Sequence record: SRR31156797_15741
DNA: 33,168 nt
Direction: 5' to 3' (one strand)
The notes below the pieces were generated by a model. That model made no database searches, was not told where the DNA came from, and saw nothing but the letters and a program-made list of their open reading frames with translations. This document shows positions 9,307 to 17,469 of the stretch, piece after piece. Every line of letters starts with the position of its first letter. Position 1 is the stretch's first letter. A program made the translations under genes and the position numbers.

Positions 9307-10547
9307 TGTCCGGAGGCTCCAGAGTGTGGGTAATAGATCATTGTGGCCTGGGGTATGACAGCCGTCTGGGTGCCGGGCCCGAATTTTCTTTCCAATACAT
9401 TCAACGTTTCATCCCAACTCACTGTAAATGTAACGGATTCTGGATTGGAAAACCAGTCGGCAACGGTTTTGTCCCAATACGGGGATTGGACGATGACCTT
9501 GATGTGGGGAGGAATTTCGGCAACGGGGTACAGGCGGCCCCCATGGCCTTGGCCGAATCGGCCCACCAGATAATGGGGAACCTGACCTTCCGGCGAATTG
9601 GCGATGACGACGATGGTTCCACCGTTTTCCCCTAAAGCGCGGCCCCCCACCTGAACCGCCAGGGCCATCTCATTTGCCTTGGCAAATGCATTGGCAATAA
9701 CCAGTTGTTTCCCCGCCGGTTCGGGGTCAATGACATAAATGTCTTTGGCCGCAGCCACGGCCTGGGCGTGAGACGCCAGAAAATCGCCGGAAAAAACGTC
9801 AGTGGCGCCGCCGCGCCCATTGAAGAGGACATCTATTTTGAAATCCAGGCCGGCCATACGGGCCGCTTCCTCAATATTGAAGCGAAGGATATTGTTGTTG
9901 AAGTTTCCCGGGCCCATGGTCTCCGGAGCCTGGGCCTCAACATCCACGTGATGATGTGTAATCGTGTCTATGTGAGCCACTCCCGGCAGGACAATTTTGC
10001 CCCCTCCGCTGAATCCCGCGTGAGGATGGGCCGTTACGCATCCGATGGCTATTCTGAGATCGGCATCCGCGACCTCCCTGTTGATCATCACTTTGGTGCC
10101 GAATCGGGTTGTGCCCACCTCGACGCAGTTTTCATAAGGGTTGTGATTGAATACCCGATACCGGCGCGGAATATCCTCTCCCAGCTTCTTTCTGAATTCA
10201 TGTTGTGTAAGGGCGCCGTGGCAGCCCAGAGCGCAAACGAACGTAATGTTTTCATCACGGATGCCGCCGGCGTGTAATTCCTTTAGTACGGTGGGCGCCA
10301 GTTCATATGTCCGCGTGGGGCGCGTCATGTCGTCAAAAATGATGACCGCCCTCTTCTTGCCCCTGGCCATCTCCCGAATGGGATCAGCGCCGATGGGCCT
10401 GAGGATGGCCGCCTCGGCCTGCGCCCGGGTAATTTCAGGGCGTGATGCGCCTCTCATGGGACAGAATTCCACTTCCCACTGATCGGGGAGATCGATCTCC
10501 AACAAACTGTTTTCATACCAAAACAACTGGGGCAATGAGATTTTCAT
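9303..10547 (-). CDS. larA: LarA-family nickel-pincer racemase/epimerase (LarA homolog)
   Basis: DDMTRPT (D72/R75 equivalents), ALGCH (H108), AHPHAGFSGGGKIVLPG (H174/K184), HHH (H200 region). Substrate not assignable. Confidence 0.8.
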   Translation of the reverse strand: MKISLPQLFWYENSLLEIDLPDQWEVEFCPMRGASRPEITRAQAEAAILRPIGADPIREMARGKKRAVIIFDDMTRPTRTYELAPTVLKELHAGGIRDENITFVCALGCHGALTQHEFRKKLGEDIPRRYRVFNHNPYENCVEVGTTRFGTKVMINREVADADLRIAIGCVTAHPHAGFSGGGKIVLPGVAHIDTITHHHVDVEAQAPETMGPGNFNNNILRFNIEEAARMAGLDFKIDVLFNGRGGATDVFSGDFLASHAQAVAAAKDIYVIDPEPAGKQLVIANAFAKANEMALAVQVGGRALGENGGTIVVIANSPEGQVPHYLVGRFGQGHGGRLYPVAEIPPHIKVIVQSPYWDKTVADWFSNPESVTFTVSWDETLNVLERKFGPGTQTAVIPQATMIYYPHSGASGQ

Positions 10548-10563
10548 TCGGTAGGTCTCCTTC

Positions 10564-11184
10564 TCATCCGCTTACCATTTGAGACCCAAGATCAAAGGCT
10601 TCCAAATTTGCCGCCACTTTTTCGTCGGGCATCATTCTGGAAATGGCTTGGGAAAAATCGGCCCGATCGAAAGGGAGTGCATGGGCGCCGGCCAAAGCTC
10701 CCAGGAGAATGATATTCCCCAGGATCGGCGCTCCCAGCTTAACCGCCTCGTCGGTGGCAGGCAGAATATACACAGTGCCACTGAATTTCGTCAACCACTC
10801 CCGTATTTGATCGTCCTCGGGATATTCCATTTCCCCGGAGATGACGCCGACTGGGTGAACCGGCCGATCGTTGCTGATGACCAGGGTCTCCGGGTTGCCG
10901 TAGCTGGACAGCACCCGCAACGCCTCTATGGGCTCCAGGGCAATGATGATGTGGGCCATTCCCTTGGGAATTTGAGGAGACCAGGACGAGCTGGTGGAGA
11001 TTCGCAGGTGGCTCATGACGGAACCGCCCCGCTGGGTCGCGCCGAAGGTTTCACCGATGGTGATATCCAGGCCTTTTTCCGCCATTATATTGCCTAAGAC
11101 CTTGGAAGCCAGGACGTTGCCCTGGCCGCCGACACCGGTGATGATCACGTTATAGGGATCTTGGGGTAACATCATTGTTTTCAT
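10564..11184 (-). CDS. iorB: Indolepyruvate/arylpyruvate:ferredoxin oxidoreductase beta subunit
   Basis: GVGGQGNVLAS, GATQRGGSVMSHLR, ALEPIEALR, NIILLGAL, NLEAF. ATG 11184 follows AGGAGG, 1 nt after the iorA stop. Confidence 0.9.
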   Translation of the reverse strand: MKTMMLPQDPYNVIITGVGGQGNVLASKVLGNIMAEKGLDITIGETFGATQRGGSVMSHLRISTSSSWSPQIPKGMAHIIIALEPIEALRVLSSYGNPETLVISNDRPVHPVGVISGEMEYPEDDQIREWLTKFSGTVYILPATDEAVKLGAPILGNIILLGALAGAHALPFDRADFSQAISRMMPDEKVAANLEAFDLGSQMVSG

Positions 11185-11185
11185 A

Positions 11186-13129
11186 TCATGCGGCCTCCTT
11201 TTTGCCAATGGCCCCTGCTGGGCAGATGGACGCGCAAACCCCGCACCCAACACACATCACCTCGTCTATGCTGGCTTTTTTCCCGTTTTTGTCCCAGACC
11301 AGGGCCGGGCAGCGAAAGGACCTGGTGCACAGGCGGTTACAGCCGCAGGTATCACCGAGACAGCCCTCCGGATCCAGAGACATGTCAAACATCTTTTTAG
11401 ATTTCTTCTCCGGGCTCAGAGCGCAGATCTGTTTCAGGATGAGCACTTGTACGCCTTTGCCGGGCGCCAGCATATCCAACAGTGTCGATCTGGTTTGATC
11501 CAGATCAAAAGGATCACAAATCTTCACATGAACACCCATTCCTCGGCAGACCGCGGCGATGTCGATCGCCTGGGAATCCATACCCATGGCGTCCAGAGGC
11601 AGGCCGGGATGGGACTGGAACCCGGTCATGGCGGTTCCGCTGTTGTCCAAAACCACCAGAATGATGTCGGATCCATGGTGAATAGCGTTGGCAAGGGCAG
11701 GCATGACCGCATGGAAAAAGGTGGAATCGCCGCACACGGAGAGAACCGGCTGTTTCAGCCCCAACGATCCGAGCTTTCCGAAACCGGATGCCAGACCGGT
11801 GCCGGAACCCATGGCATGAAGCGTCTTGAGGGTTTCAAAGCCCGCCGGGAACATGCCCATGGCATAGCAGCCGATATCACCGCAGACAAAGCCCTTGCTG
11901 TCATCCATGGCCAGGGCGTTGTGAATGGACCAGTAGGAGGCGCGATGAGGGCAACCCGGACAGAATGTATTCATCCTGGGGGGTGCGCCCATGGCCGCGG
12001 CTTCCCGGACGCCCCGGGTGTAGGCCTCAGGCGGCAACGGAACGTCAACCTTAAGGATATTGGAGAGGGCCATGGCCAAAATGTCCGGGTTCAGTTCGTG
12101 GACCGACGGCAGGGTGCCGTCCCTTTTGCCGTGGAATCGGATGTGCCCTACCCCCTCGCCCAACTCCGAAGCCAAGACCTTGACATTCTCCTCAAGGAAC
12201 GGCAGCAGCTCCTCGACCACGAGGATCCGATCGTTGGCGCCCAGGTGTTTTTCCAAAAGGCGGGGCGGAAGCGGCCATGTCGTTGCCAGTTTCAGCAATC
12301 CCACCCTGGGGCCGATCCCGAGCAGATGAACGGCCTCTTTGCAGTACAGATGGCAGGCCGAACTGGTGATGATCAACAGTTCCGGGTGTTCGGGACCTGT
12401 ATAGGTGTTGAAGGGGGAATGGTCGAAGATGTCTGCCGCCCTTTTGAGTTTGTCCTGCTGGCGGCCGTGCATGAGAATGATGTTGTTGGGCATGGTGGCC
12501 ACGGGCCCTTCCATCTGTCCCGACATGGGGCCTTCGTAGTTGAACCGGGCCTCCGGGCGGCTTTCCGATAGTTCCCCCAACACCACCTTTCCGCTTGCGT
12601 GAGACATGCGGGTAACGCTCCGCACCATCACCACATTGCGGATTTCCTCTGAGAGATGGAAGGCCCACCTGGTGAGATCCTTTGCCTCCTGGAAGTCCCC
12701 GGGTTCCAACAGGGGAAATTCCATCATACGCGCATACTGGCGGGAATCGCCCTCGTTACTGCTGGATAATGCTCCCGGATCTTCGCAGGAAACCAGGACC
12801 ATGCCGCCTCTCGTGCCGTACTGGGCAAGGTGCAGCAGGAAATCGGCGGCCACGTTGACGCCCACCTGTTTCATGGTGGTAAGAGAACGGAGCTCGCTGA
12901 AGCTGGCGGCGGCAGCTACTTCGAGGGCCACTTTTTCGTTGACCGACCACTCCACGTAGAGGTCCCGTTCAGCCGCTGCCTTGGCCAAGTTTTCGAGAAT
13001 CTCTGATGAGGGGGTCCCCGGGTAGCCGGAAGCCACCATGACGCCCGCTTCCAGGGCGCCTCGTGCGATGGCTTCGTTTCCTTGCATCAGGAGGCTTTCC
13101 CCGGGCCTGCCTTCGGTTACTGTAATCAT
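11186..13129 (-). CDS. iorA: Indolepyruvate/arylpyruvate:ferredoxin oxidoreductase alpha subunit
   Basis: GNEAIARGA, GYPGTPSSE, WSVNEKVALE, MKQVGVNVAAD, FCPGCPHR, GDIGC, GDSTFFH..LDN..TAMTG (TPP binding), C-terminal ferredoxin motif CVGCGVCASICP. ATG 13129 follows GGAGGA. Confidence 0.92.
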   Translation of the reverse strand: MITVTEGRPGESLLMQGNEAIARGALEAGVMVASGYPGTPSSEILENLAKAAAERDLYVEWSVNEKVALEVAAAASFSELRSLTTMKQVGVNVAADFLLHLAQYGTRGGMVLVSCEDPGALSSSNEGDSRQYARMMEFPLLEPGDFQEAKDLTRWAFHLSEEIRNVVMVRSVTRMSHASGKVVLGELSESRPEARFNYEGPMSGQMEGPVATMPNNIILMHGRQQDKLKRAADIFDHSPFNTYTGPEHPELLIITSSACHLYCKEAVHLLGIGPRVGLLKLATTWPLPPRLLEKHLGANDRILVVEELLPFLEENVKVLASELGEGVGHIRFHGKRDGTLPSVHELNPDILAMALSNILKVDVPLPPEAYTRGVREAAAMGAPPRMNTFCPGCPHRASYWSIHNALAMDDSKGFVCGDIGCYAMGMFPAGFETLKTLHAMGSGTGLASGFGKLGSLGLKQPVLSVCGDSTFFHAVMPALANAIHHGSDIILVVLDNSGTAMTGFQSHPGLPLDAMGMDSQAIDIAAVCRGMGVHVKICDPFDLDQTRSTLLDMLAPGKGVQVLILKQICALSPEKKSKKMFDMSLDPEGCLGDTCGCNRLCTRSFRCPALVWDKNGKKASIDEVMCVGCGVCASICPAGAIGKKEAA

Positions 13130-13184
13130 GTTTTCCTCCGGTAAGTTCGGTTTGGACTGGCCAGCCCTATGGGCCGGTGATGTG

Positions 13185-14303
13185 CTACCCTTCGAGAATG
13201 GAATCGACCACATCCTGCGGAACCCGCAGAAGCGCCGGATCGCCCTCGTTCGTGGGATTCAACAGTCCCCTCTCATTCATGTTCAAGAATGCACGGCGTT
13301 TTTTGTTTTTAGCGGCTTCCTTGAGGTGCCCGAGATTTGTATGGGGCATGGCCTCCGTCGTCAGCAACCCTGTTGCTACGGCATCCGCTACCAGATCTTT
13401 TCCCTTTTGGGTGCGCACCAGCAGGGTATTCCAGCCGGGCCTTCCCTCAAACATGCCTACCGAGAGATCGGCCCACTCCGAAGTCATATCCGGACAAAGG
13501 CCGCAGGTTTCCGGGATAAAGGGCCTGACTTCGTCCAGCGGGATCTCAATGGTTTCGTCGTCCAGATCCACGATCAGGGTATTGGCCGGCGGCGGCGGTA
13601 TATTCATCCCCTTGATGCGAGACATGTCCAGCCGTTCGGCCAAAAAAGCGCCTAGTGACCTTTGGTCCAGACCCCAATTGCAGAAAAGTCCGATGGTTAA
13701 AGAAATGGGATCTATAAAATCTTCCCGGGCCAGGGGGTTTGTACGCAATTTTGCCACGGCGGTCATCTGGCAGGGGGTTCCCACCACCCCCAGGCGGTCG
13801 CCTTTTTCCGCCACTGCCTGATTCAGGGCCGCAAGGGTTGGCGCCGCGGTGAATTTGGATGAGGCGCAGGCCAGAATTTCCTCGGGATTCAACGCAATGC
13901 GAGGCTCGGGCCCCTTTTCGTCCCTGCCGGTGAGAATCGCGGCATCAATCAGACCCTGTTCAAGGGCACCAATGAGTAGCGCAGACACGGTGCCCCCTCC
14001 TTGAAAAGAGCCGGCGGTCATGTTGGCGCCGGCCTTTGCGGCCAGAGCTTCCATAAAAGGACCCGTCGGCTCGCCTTCATAGGGCTGTTCCCAATGATGC
14101 CTGCTCATTTCATCCAGGTCGACCTCGGCTTTGGGACAAGCGGCGAAGCACCGTCCCTGTGCCAGTGAACAGGGAAACAATTGCACCGTTCTTCCTTTGT
14201 GGTTTAGAAAATAGGGACAAAGACCGACGCAAGCGCCGCATCCTATACACAGTCCGCCCTTATGGACGTCTTCCACCAACTCTTTTGGACCTAACACATG
14301 CAT
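13185..14303 (-). CDS. FrhB/FdhB-like protein (F420 hydrogenase/dehydrogenase beta-subunit fold) with N-terminal ferredoxin domain
   Basis: CIGCGACVGLCP, CFAACP, QGGGTVSALL, VGTPCQ, IGLFC, CGLCPD..ADLSVG, GWNTLLVRTQKG. ATG 14303 follows GGAG. Confidence 0.85.
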   Translation of the reverse strand: MHVLGPKELVEDVHKGGLCIGCGACVGLCPYFLNHKGRTVQLFPCSLAQGRCFAACPKAEVDLDEMSRHHWEQPYEGEPTGPFMEALAAKAGANMTAGSFQGGGTVSALLIGALEQGLIDAAILTGRDEKGPEPRIALNPEEILACASSKFTAAPTLAALNQAVAEKGDRLGVVGTPCQMTAVAKLRTNPLAREDFIDPISLTIGLFCNWGLDQRSLGAFLAERLDMSRIKGMNIPPPPANTLIVDLDDETIEIPLDEVRPFIPETCGLCPDMTSEWADLSVGMFEGRPGWNTLLVRTQKGKDLVADAVATGLLTTEAMPHTNLGHLKEAAKNKKRRAFLNMNERGLLNPTNEGDPALLRVPQDVVDSILEG

Positions 14304-14408
14304 ATGGACAACTCCATTCATTCAGTTTGCATCAGAATATCTTTAAACGCCCGGTCCCTGCCGGAACGATTTTTCCGGAACGGGAATTCCGTCTGTTTCG
14401 ATCTATTT

Positions 14409-15686
14409 TCATCGCAAAAGAAGCTTGGGCAGAAAAAGTGATATCTGCGGAACAAAGGTTAACAAAGCCACACATCCCAGCATAATCAGTAGAAAAGGAG
14501 CGACGGCCCTTGCGACCTCCATCAAAGGTTTGTCCGTCAGGCCCATGGCCACGAAAAGGTTCAGGCCGAAAGGAGGTGTCAGAAAACCAAGCTCGATCAT
14601 CAGGACCATGACAATGCCGTAATGCACATAATCGATGCCAAACCGGTTCAAGGTCTCCATGAACAGAGGGGAGAGCACCAACATAGCCGAGACCGCATCC
14701 ATGGCAGCACCGGTTATCAGAAAAAACACCGCCACCAGGGAGAGGAACACCCACCTGGAATGAACGTTTGCGATGATGAAATCGGCAAGCTGGTTGGGAA
14801 TTTGTTCGGAGGTCAGGAGCCAGACAAAAGTCATGGCACAGGCCAGGATGAAAAGGATACAGGCGCTAAAAAGGGCCGACTCCCGCGACACTTTTAATAA
14901 CTTGCGAAAGCTCAATTCGCGGTAAATGGCCAGTTCCACCACGAGGGCATAGACTACGCTCACAGCCGCCGCCTCTGTCGGTGTGAAGGCGCCGGAGTAG
15001 ATGCCGCCCAAGACAATGACGGGAAGCATGAGGCCCCACAATCCATCCCGAAGGATGCGAAAGGCCTGGGGCCAGGTGTAGGATTGGGTCTGGCGCCAGT
15101 TGCGTTTCGTGGCCAACACGTATGTGTATCCCATCAAAGCGCCGCCGAGCATAAGGCCTGGAATGATGCCGGCGACAAATAGTTCGGCGACACTGGTGTT
15201 CATAACCAGGCAATAGAGGATCATGGGAATGGAAGGGGGGATCACAATTCCCAGACTTCCTGCCGAGGTGATAAGGCCGGTGGAAAACTTCTTACCATAT
15301 CCGGCCTTGACCATGGCCGGGTACATGATGCTGCCGATGGCCACCACCGTAGCCGGGGAAGAACCCGACAGTGCGGCAAAAAAGACGCACGCTATTACCG
15401 TGGCCATGGCCGCCCCACCCCGAAACCGTCCTACAGCCAGGTTCATCACGGCGATCAGACGCTTGGCGATCCCGCCCTCGGTCATAATGCCGCCGGCCAG
15501 GATAAAAAAAGGAATGGCCAGAATGACGAATTTATCCACGGCGTTGAAGAGTTGTTGGACCAGTATGGTCAGGGGTGTTTCCGTAAAAAAGAGAAGTACC
15601 ATGGTGGTGGTCGTCAACAACACCATGCTGATGGGCAGGCCGAGCAGCAACAGACAGAGAAAGCATAGAACAAGGGCGGCCGTCAT
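14409..15686 (-). CDS. dctM: TRAP transporter large permease
   Basis: LAIPFFILAG, FAALSGSSPAT, IPPSIPMI, FTPTEAA, GFLTPPFGLNLFV. Confidence 0.92.
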   Translation of the reverse strand: MTAALVLCFLCLLLLGLPISMVLLTTTTMVLLFFTETPLTILVQQLFNAVDKFVILAIPFFILAGGIMTEGGIAKRLIAVMNLAVGRFRGGAAMATVIACVFFAALSGSSPATVVAIGSIMYPAMVKAGYGKKFSTGLITSAGSLGIVIPPSIPMILYCLVMNTSVAELFVAGIIPGLMLGGALMGYTYVLATKRNWRQTQSYTWPQAFRILRDGLWGLMLPVIVLGGIYSGAFTPTEAAAVSVVYALVVELAIYRELSFRKLLKVSRESALFSACILFILACAMTFVWLLTSEQIPNQLADFIIANVHSRWVFLSLVAVFFLITGAAMDAVSAMLVLSPLFMETLNRFGIDYVHYGIVMVLMIELGFLTPPFGLNLFVAMGLTDKPLMEVARAVAPFLLIMLGCVALLTFVPQISLFLPKLLLR

Positions 15687-16225
15687 GCTTTTGCCTCCTG
15701 CTCCTTTTCCTGCCGGTTGATTTCCGGAAGAACAAACCGTTTACCGGTGGCAATCCCCATGGCATGGCCCACTGACTGGAAAAACAATCTGAACACCATG
15801 AAAGCGCCGAACAGGGTAATCGGTACATAGGCCCACCACATGGGCATCCGCATGGCCGCGGAGGTGACGCCGTAACGCGCAAGTTTTGCACAGTGGCCCC
15901 AGCCGAGATAAGCCACTGTGCACAGCACGGCCATGCTGATCAGGCAGCCGGCCAGCAGCATGGCCTGACCGACCCGGTTCCCCGCCCGGGTGACAAAGTA
16001 GTCCATGGAAAAATGCATGCCGTACTTGACGCCCAGGCTGGCTCCCATGAAGGTCAACAGGACGGCCCCGTAGCGGGACAGTTCTTCGAAACATGTGAAG
16101 CTGTGGCTGAACACGTAGCGGGCCGCCACTTCCACGAACGCCATGAGGGCAAGGGCCAATACCCCCAGCCCCAGGGCATTCTCTTCAAAACGGCCCATGG
16201 TTCGGACTATTTTTTGAATGGACAC
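15683..16225 (-). CDS. dctQ: TRAP transporter small permease
   Basis: Four TM segments, V..RY..EELSRY, HFSMD. Lies between dctP and dctM; ATGA overlap with dctM. Confidence 0.88.
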   Translation of the reverse strand: MSIQKIVRTMGRFEENALGLGVLALALMAFVEVAARYVFSHSFTCFEELSRYGAVLLTFMGASLGVKYGMHFSMDYFVTRAGNRVGQAMLLAGCLISMAVLCTVAYLGWGHCAKLARYGVTSAAMRMPMWWAYVPITLFGAFMVFRLFFQSVGHAMGIATGKRFVLPEINRQEKEQEAKA

Positions 16226-16256
16226 GGATCCAGACCTCTTTTTGGCCTTCGAAACG

Positions 16257-16275
16257 GGGCGGGAAGACCCCGCCC
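16257..16275 (-). other. GC-rich intergenic stem-loop after dctP
   Basis: GGGCGGG-5 nt-CCCGCCC, 10 nt past the dctP stop, with no adjacent U-tract. Confidence 0.5.
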
Positions 16276-16284
16276 TTACGTTTG

Positions 16285-17310
16285 CTACTTGCGATTATGT
16301 TCTTTGATTTTGGCCAGGAAGTAATCGAAAAACTCCGGGCCAACAACCTCCCGGTATTTTGTCCAGACCGGTTTTACCGCTTCCACGAAGGCCTGACGCT
16401 CAGCCTCTGTGAGTGTTACAACCTTCACGTTGTATTTCTTGACGTACTCGGCAACACTGATATTGTACTTGAACAGTTTCTTGTACAGAGCTTCGCCGGC
16501 TTCCCGGTTCACGCGGATCATTTCTTTGGCCGCTTCGCGGAAAATCTGTTGATGTTTCGGATTGAGGCTGTTCCAGACGTCCACGTTGACGACGGTGATC
16601 AGCTCTGTGAGCATGTGATCCGTATCGGTCACATTCTTGGCCACTTCGGTGGCTTTGATGATGATGGAGGTGATGAGGGGGTTTTCCTGTCCGTCGATAA
16701 CCCCCTGCTGAAGAGCCCCGTAGATTTCCGGAAAGGGGATCCCCACAGGGGAAGCGCCCAGCTGTTTAAAAGTATCCATAAAAATAGGGCTTCTCATGAC
16801 CCGAATCTTGAGCCCTTTCAAGTCGCCCGGCGTACGGATCACTTTCTTGGTGGTATTGATGTCGCGGAATTCGTTTTCCATCCAACCGATGCCCATGAAC
16901 CCCTTGGCGGGGAGGTAGCCCCAGATTCGCTTTTGGAATTCGGGATCGTCGAGCACGCCGTATGCGGCCTTGCGGTTCGGAAAGACAAAGGGGAAATCCA
17001 TCACGGCGACCTCGGGAACAAAATTGGACAAAACCGCGGTGGTGATGGAAGCCATATGAAGTGTGCCCGCCTGCACCTGCTCGGCCATGGAGCGTTCAGG
17101 ACCCAGCTGGCCGAAGGGGAAGACTTTGATAACAATTTCACCTTTTGCTTTTTCATTGACGTATTTGGCGAAGGCTTCAGCACCGATGGCGCCGCCCGCA
17201 AAGGGTGGCGCCACATGGCCGAATTTAATGGTTCTTTCGGCGAAGGCCGCCGGGGCCGCCCAGGTGGCCGCCAAAGTCAAGACTGTAAGCACCATGAAAA
17301 ATCTACGCAT
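16285..17310 (-). CDS. dctP: TRAP transporter substrate-binding protein
   Basis: Signal peptide, FPFGQLG, DFPFVF, DLKGLKIRVM (conserved carboxylate-binding Arg), EIYGALQQGVIDGQENP. ATG 17310 follows GAGGAGG. Confidence 0.92.
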   Translation of the reverse strand: MRRFFMVLTVLTLAATWAAPAAFAERTIKFGHVAPPFAGGAIGAEAFAKYVNEKAKGEIVIKVFPFGQLGPERSMAEQVQAGTLHMASITTAVLSNFVPEVAVMDFPFVFPNRKAAYGVLDDPEFQKRIWGYLPAKGFMGIGWMENEFRDINTTKKVIRTPGDLKGLKIRVMRSPIFMDTFKQLGASPVGIPFPEIYGALQQGVIDGQENPLITSIIIKATEVAKNVTDTDHMLTELITVVNVDVWNSLNPKHQQIFREAAKEMIRVNREAGEALYKKLFKYNISVAEYVKKYNVKVVTLTEAERQAFVEAVKPVWTKYREVVGPEFFDYFLAKIKEHNRK

Positions 17311-17340
17311 TTTTTCCCTCCTCATTTGAATGGTTGTTTC

Positions 17341-17373
17341 AAAAAAGTCGAACCGTTCCCGTAACGGCACGAC
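17341..17373 (-). terminator. Terminator-like hairpin immediately upstream of dctP
   Basis: Minus strand GTCGTGCCGTT-ACGGG-AACGGTTCGAC-TTTTTT (one mismatch, one G:U pair). Confidence 0.5.
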
Positions 17374-17469
17374 AAACCCACTTTGTTGAATTCGATCCAC
17401 CCTTTTATGAGCCCCAAGGCTGGCTTTAATTCAACACGGATGCGCTTTTTCTATTGGTTGTTTCCTGCT

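Noticed and set aside
11447-12571. 374-aa plus-strand ORF
   Set aside because: Entirely antisense to the well-supported iorA; no recognisable motifs; typical shadow ORF of GC-rich coding DNA.
13185-14303. Evidence of a hydrogenase or methanogen origin
   Set aside because: No NiFe large/small subunit genes; surrounding genes (TonB receptor, recD2, sigma70 promoters) are bacterial.
16282-17364. 360-aa plus-strand ORF
   Set aside because: Antisense shadow of dctP; no motifs.
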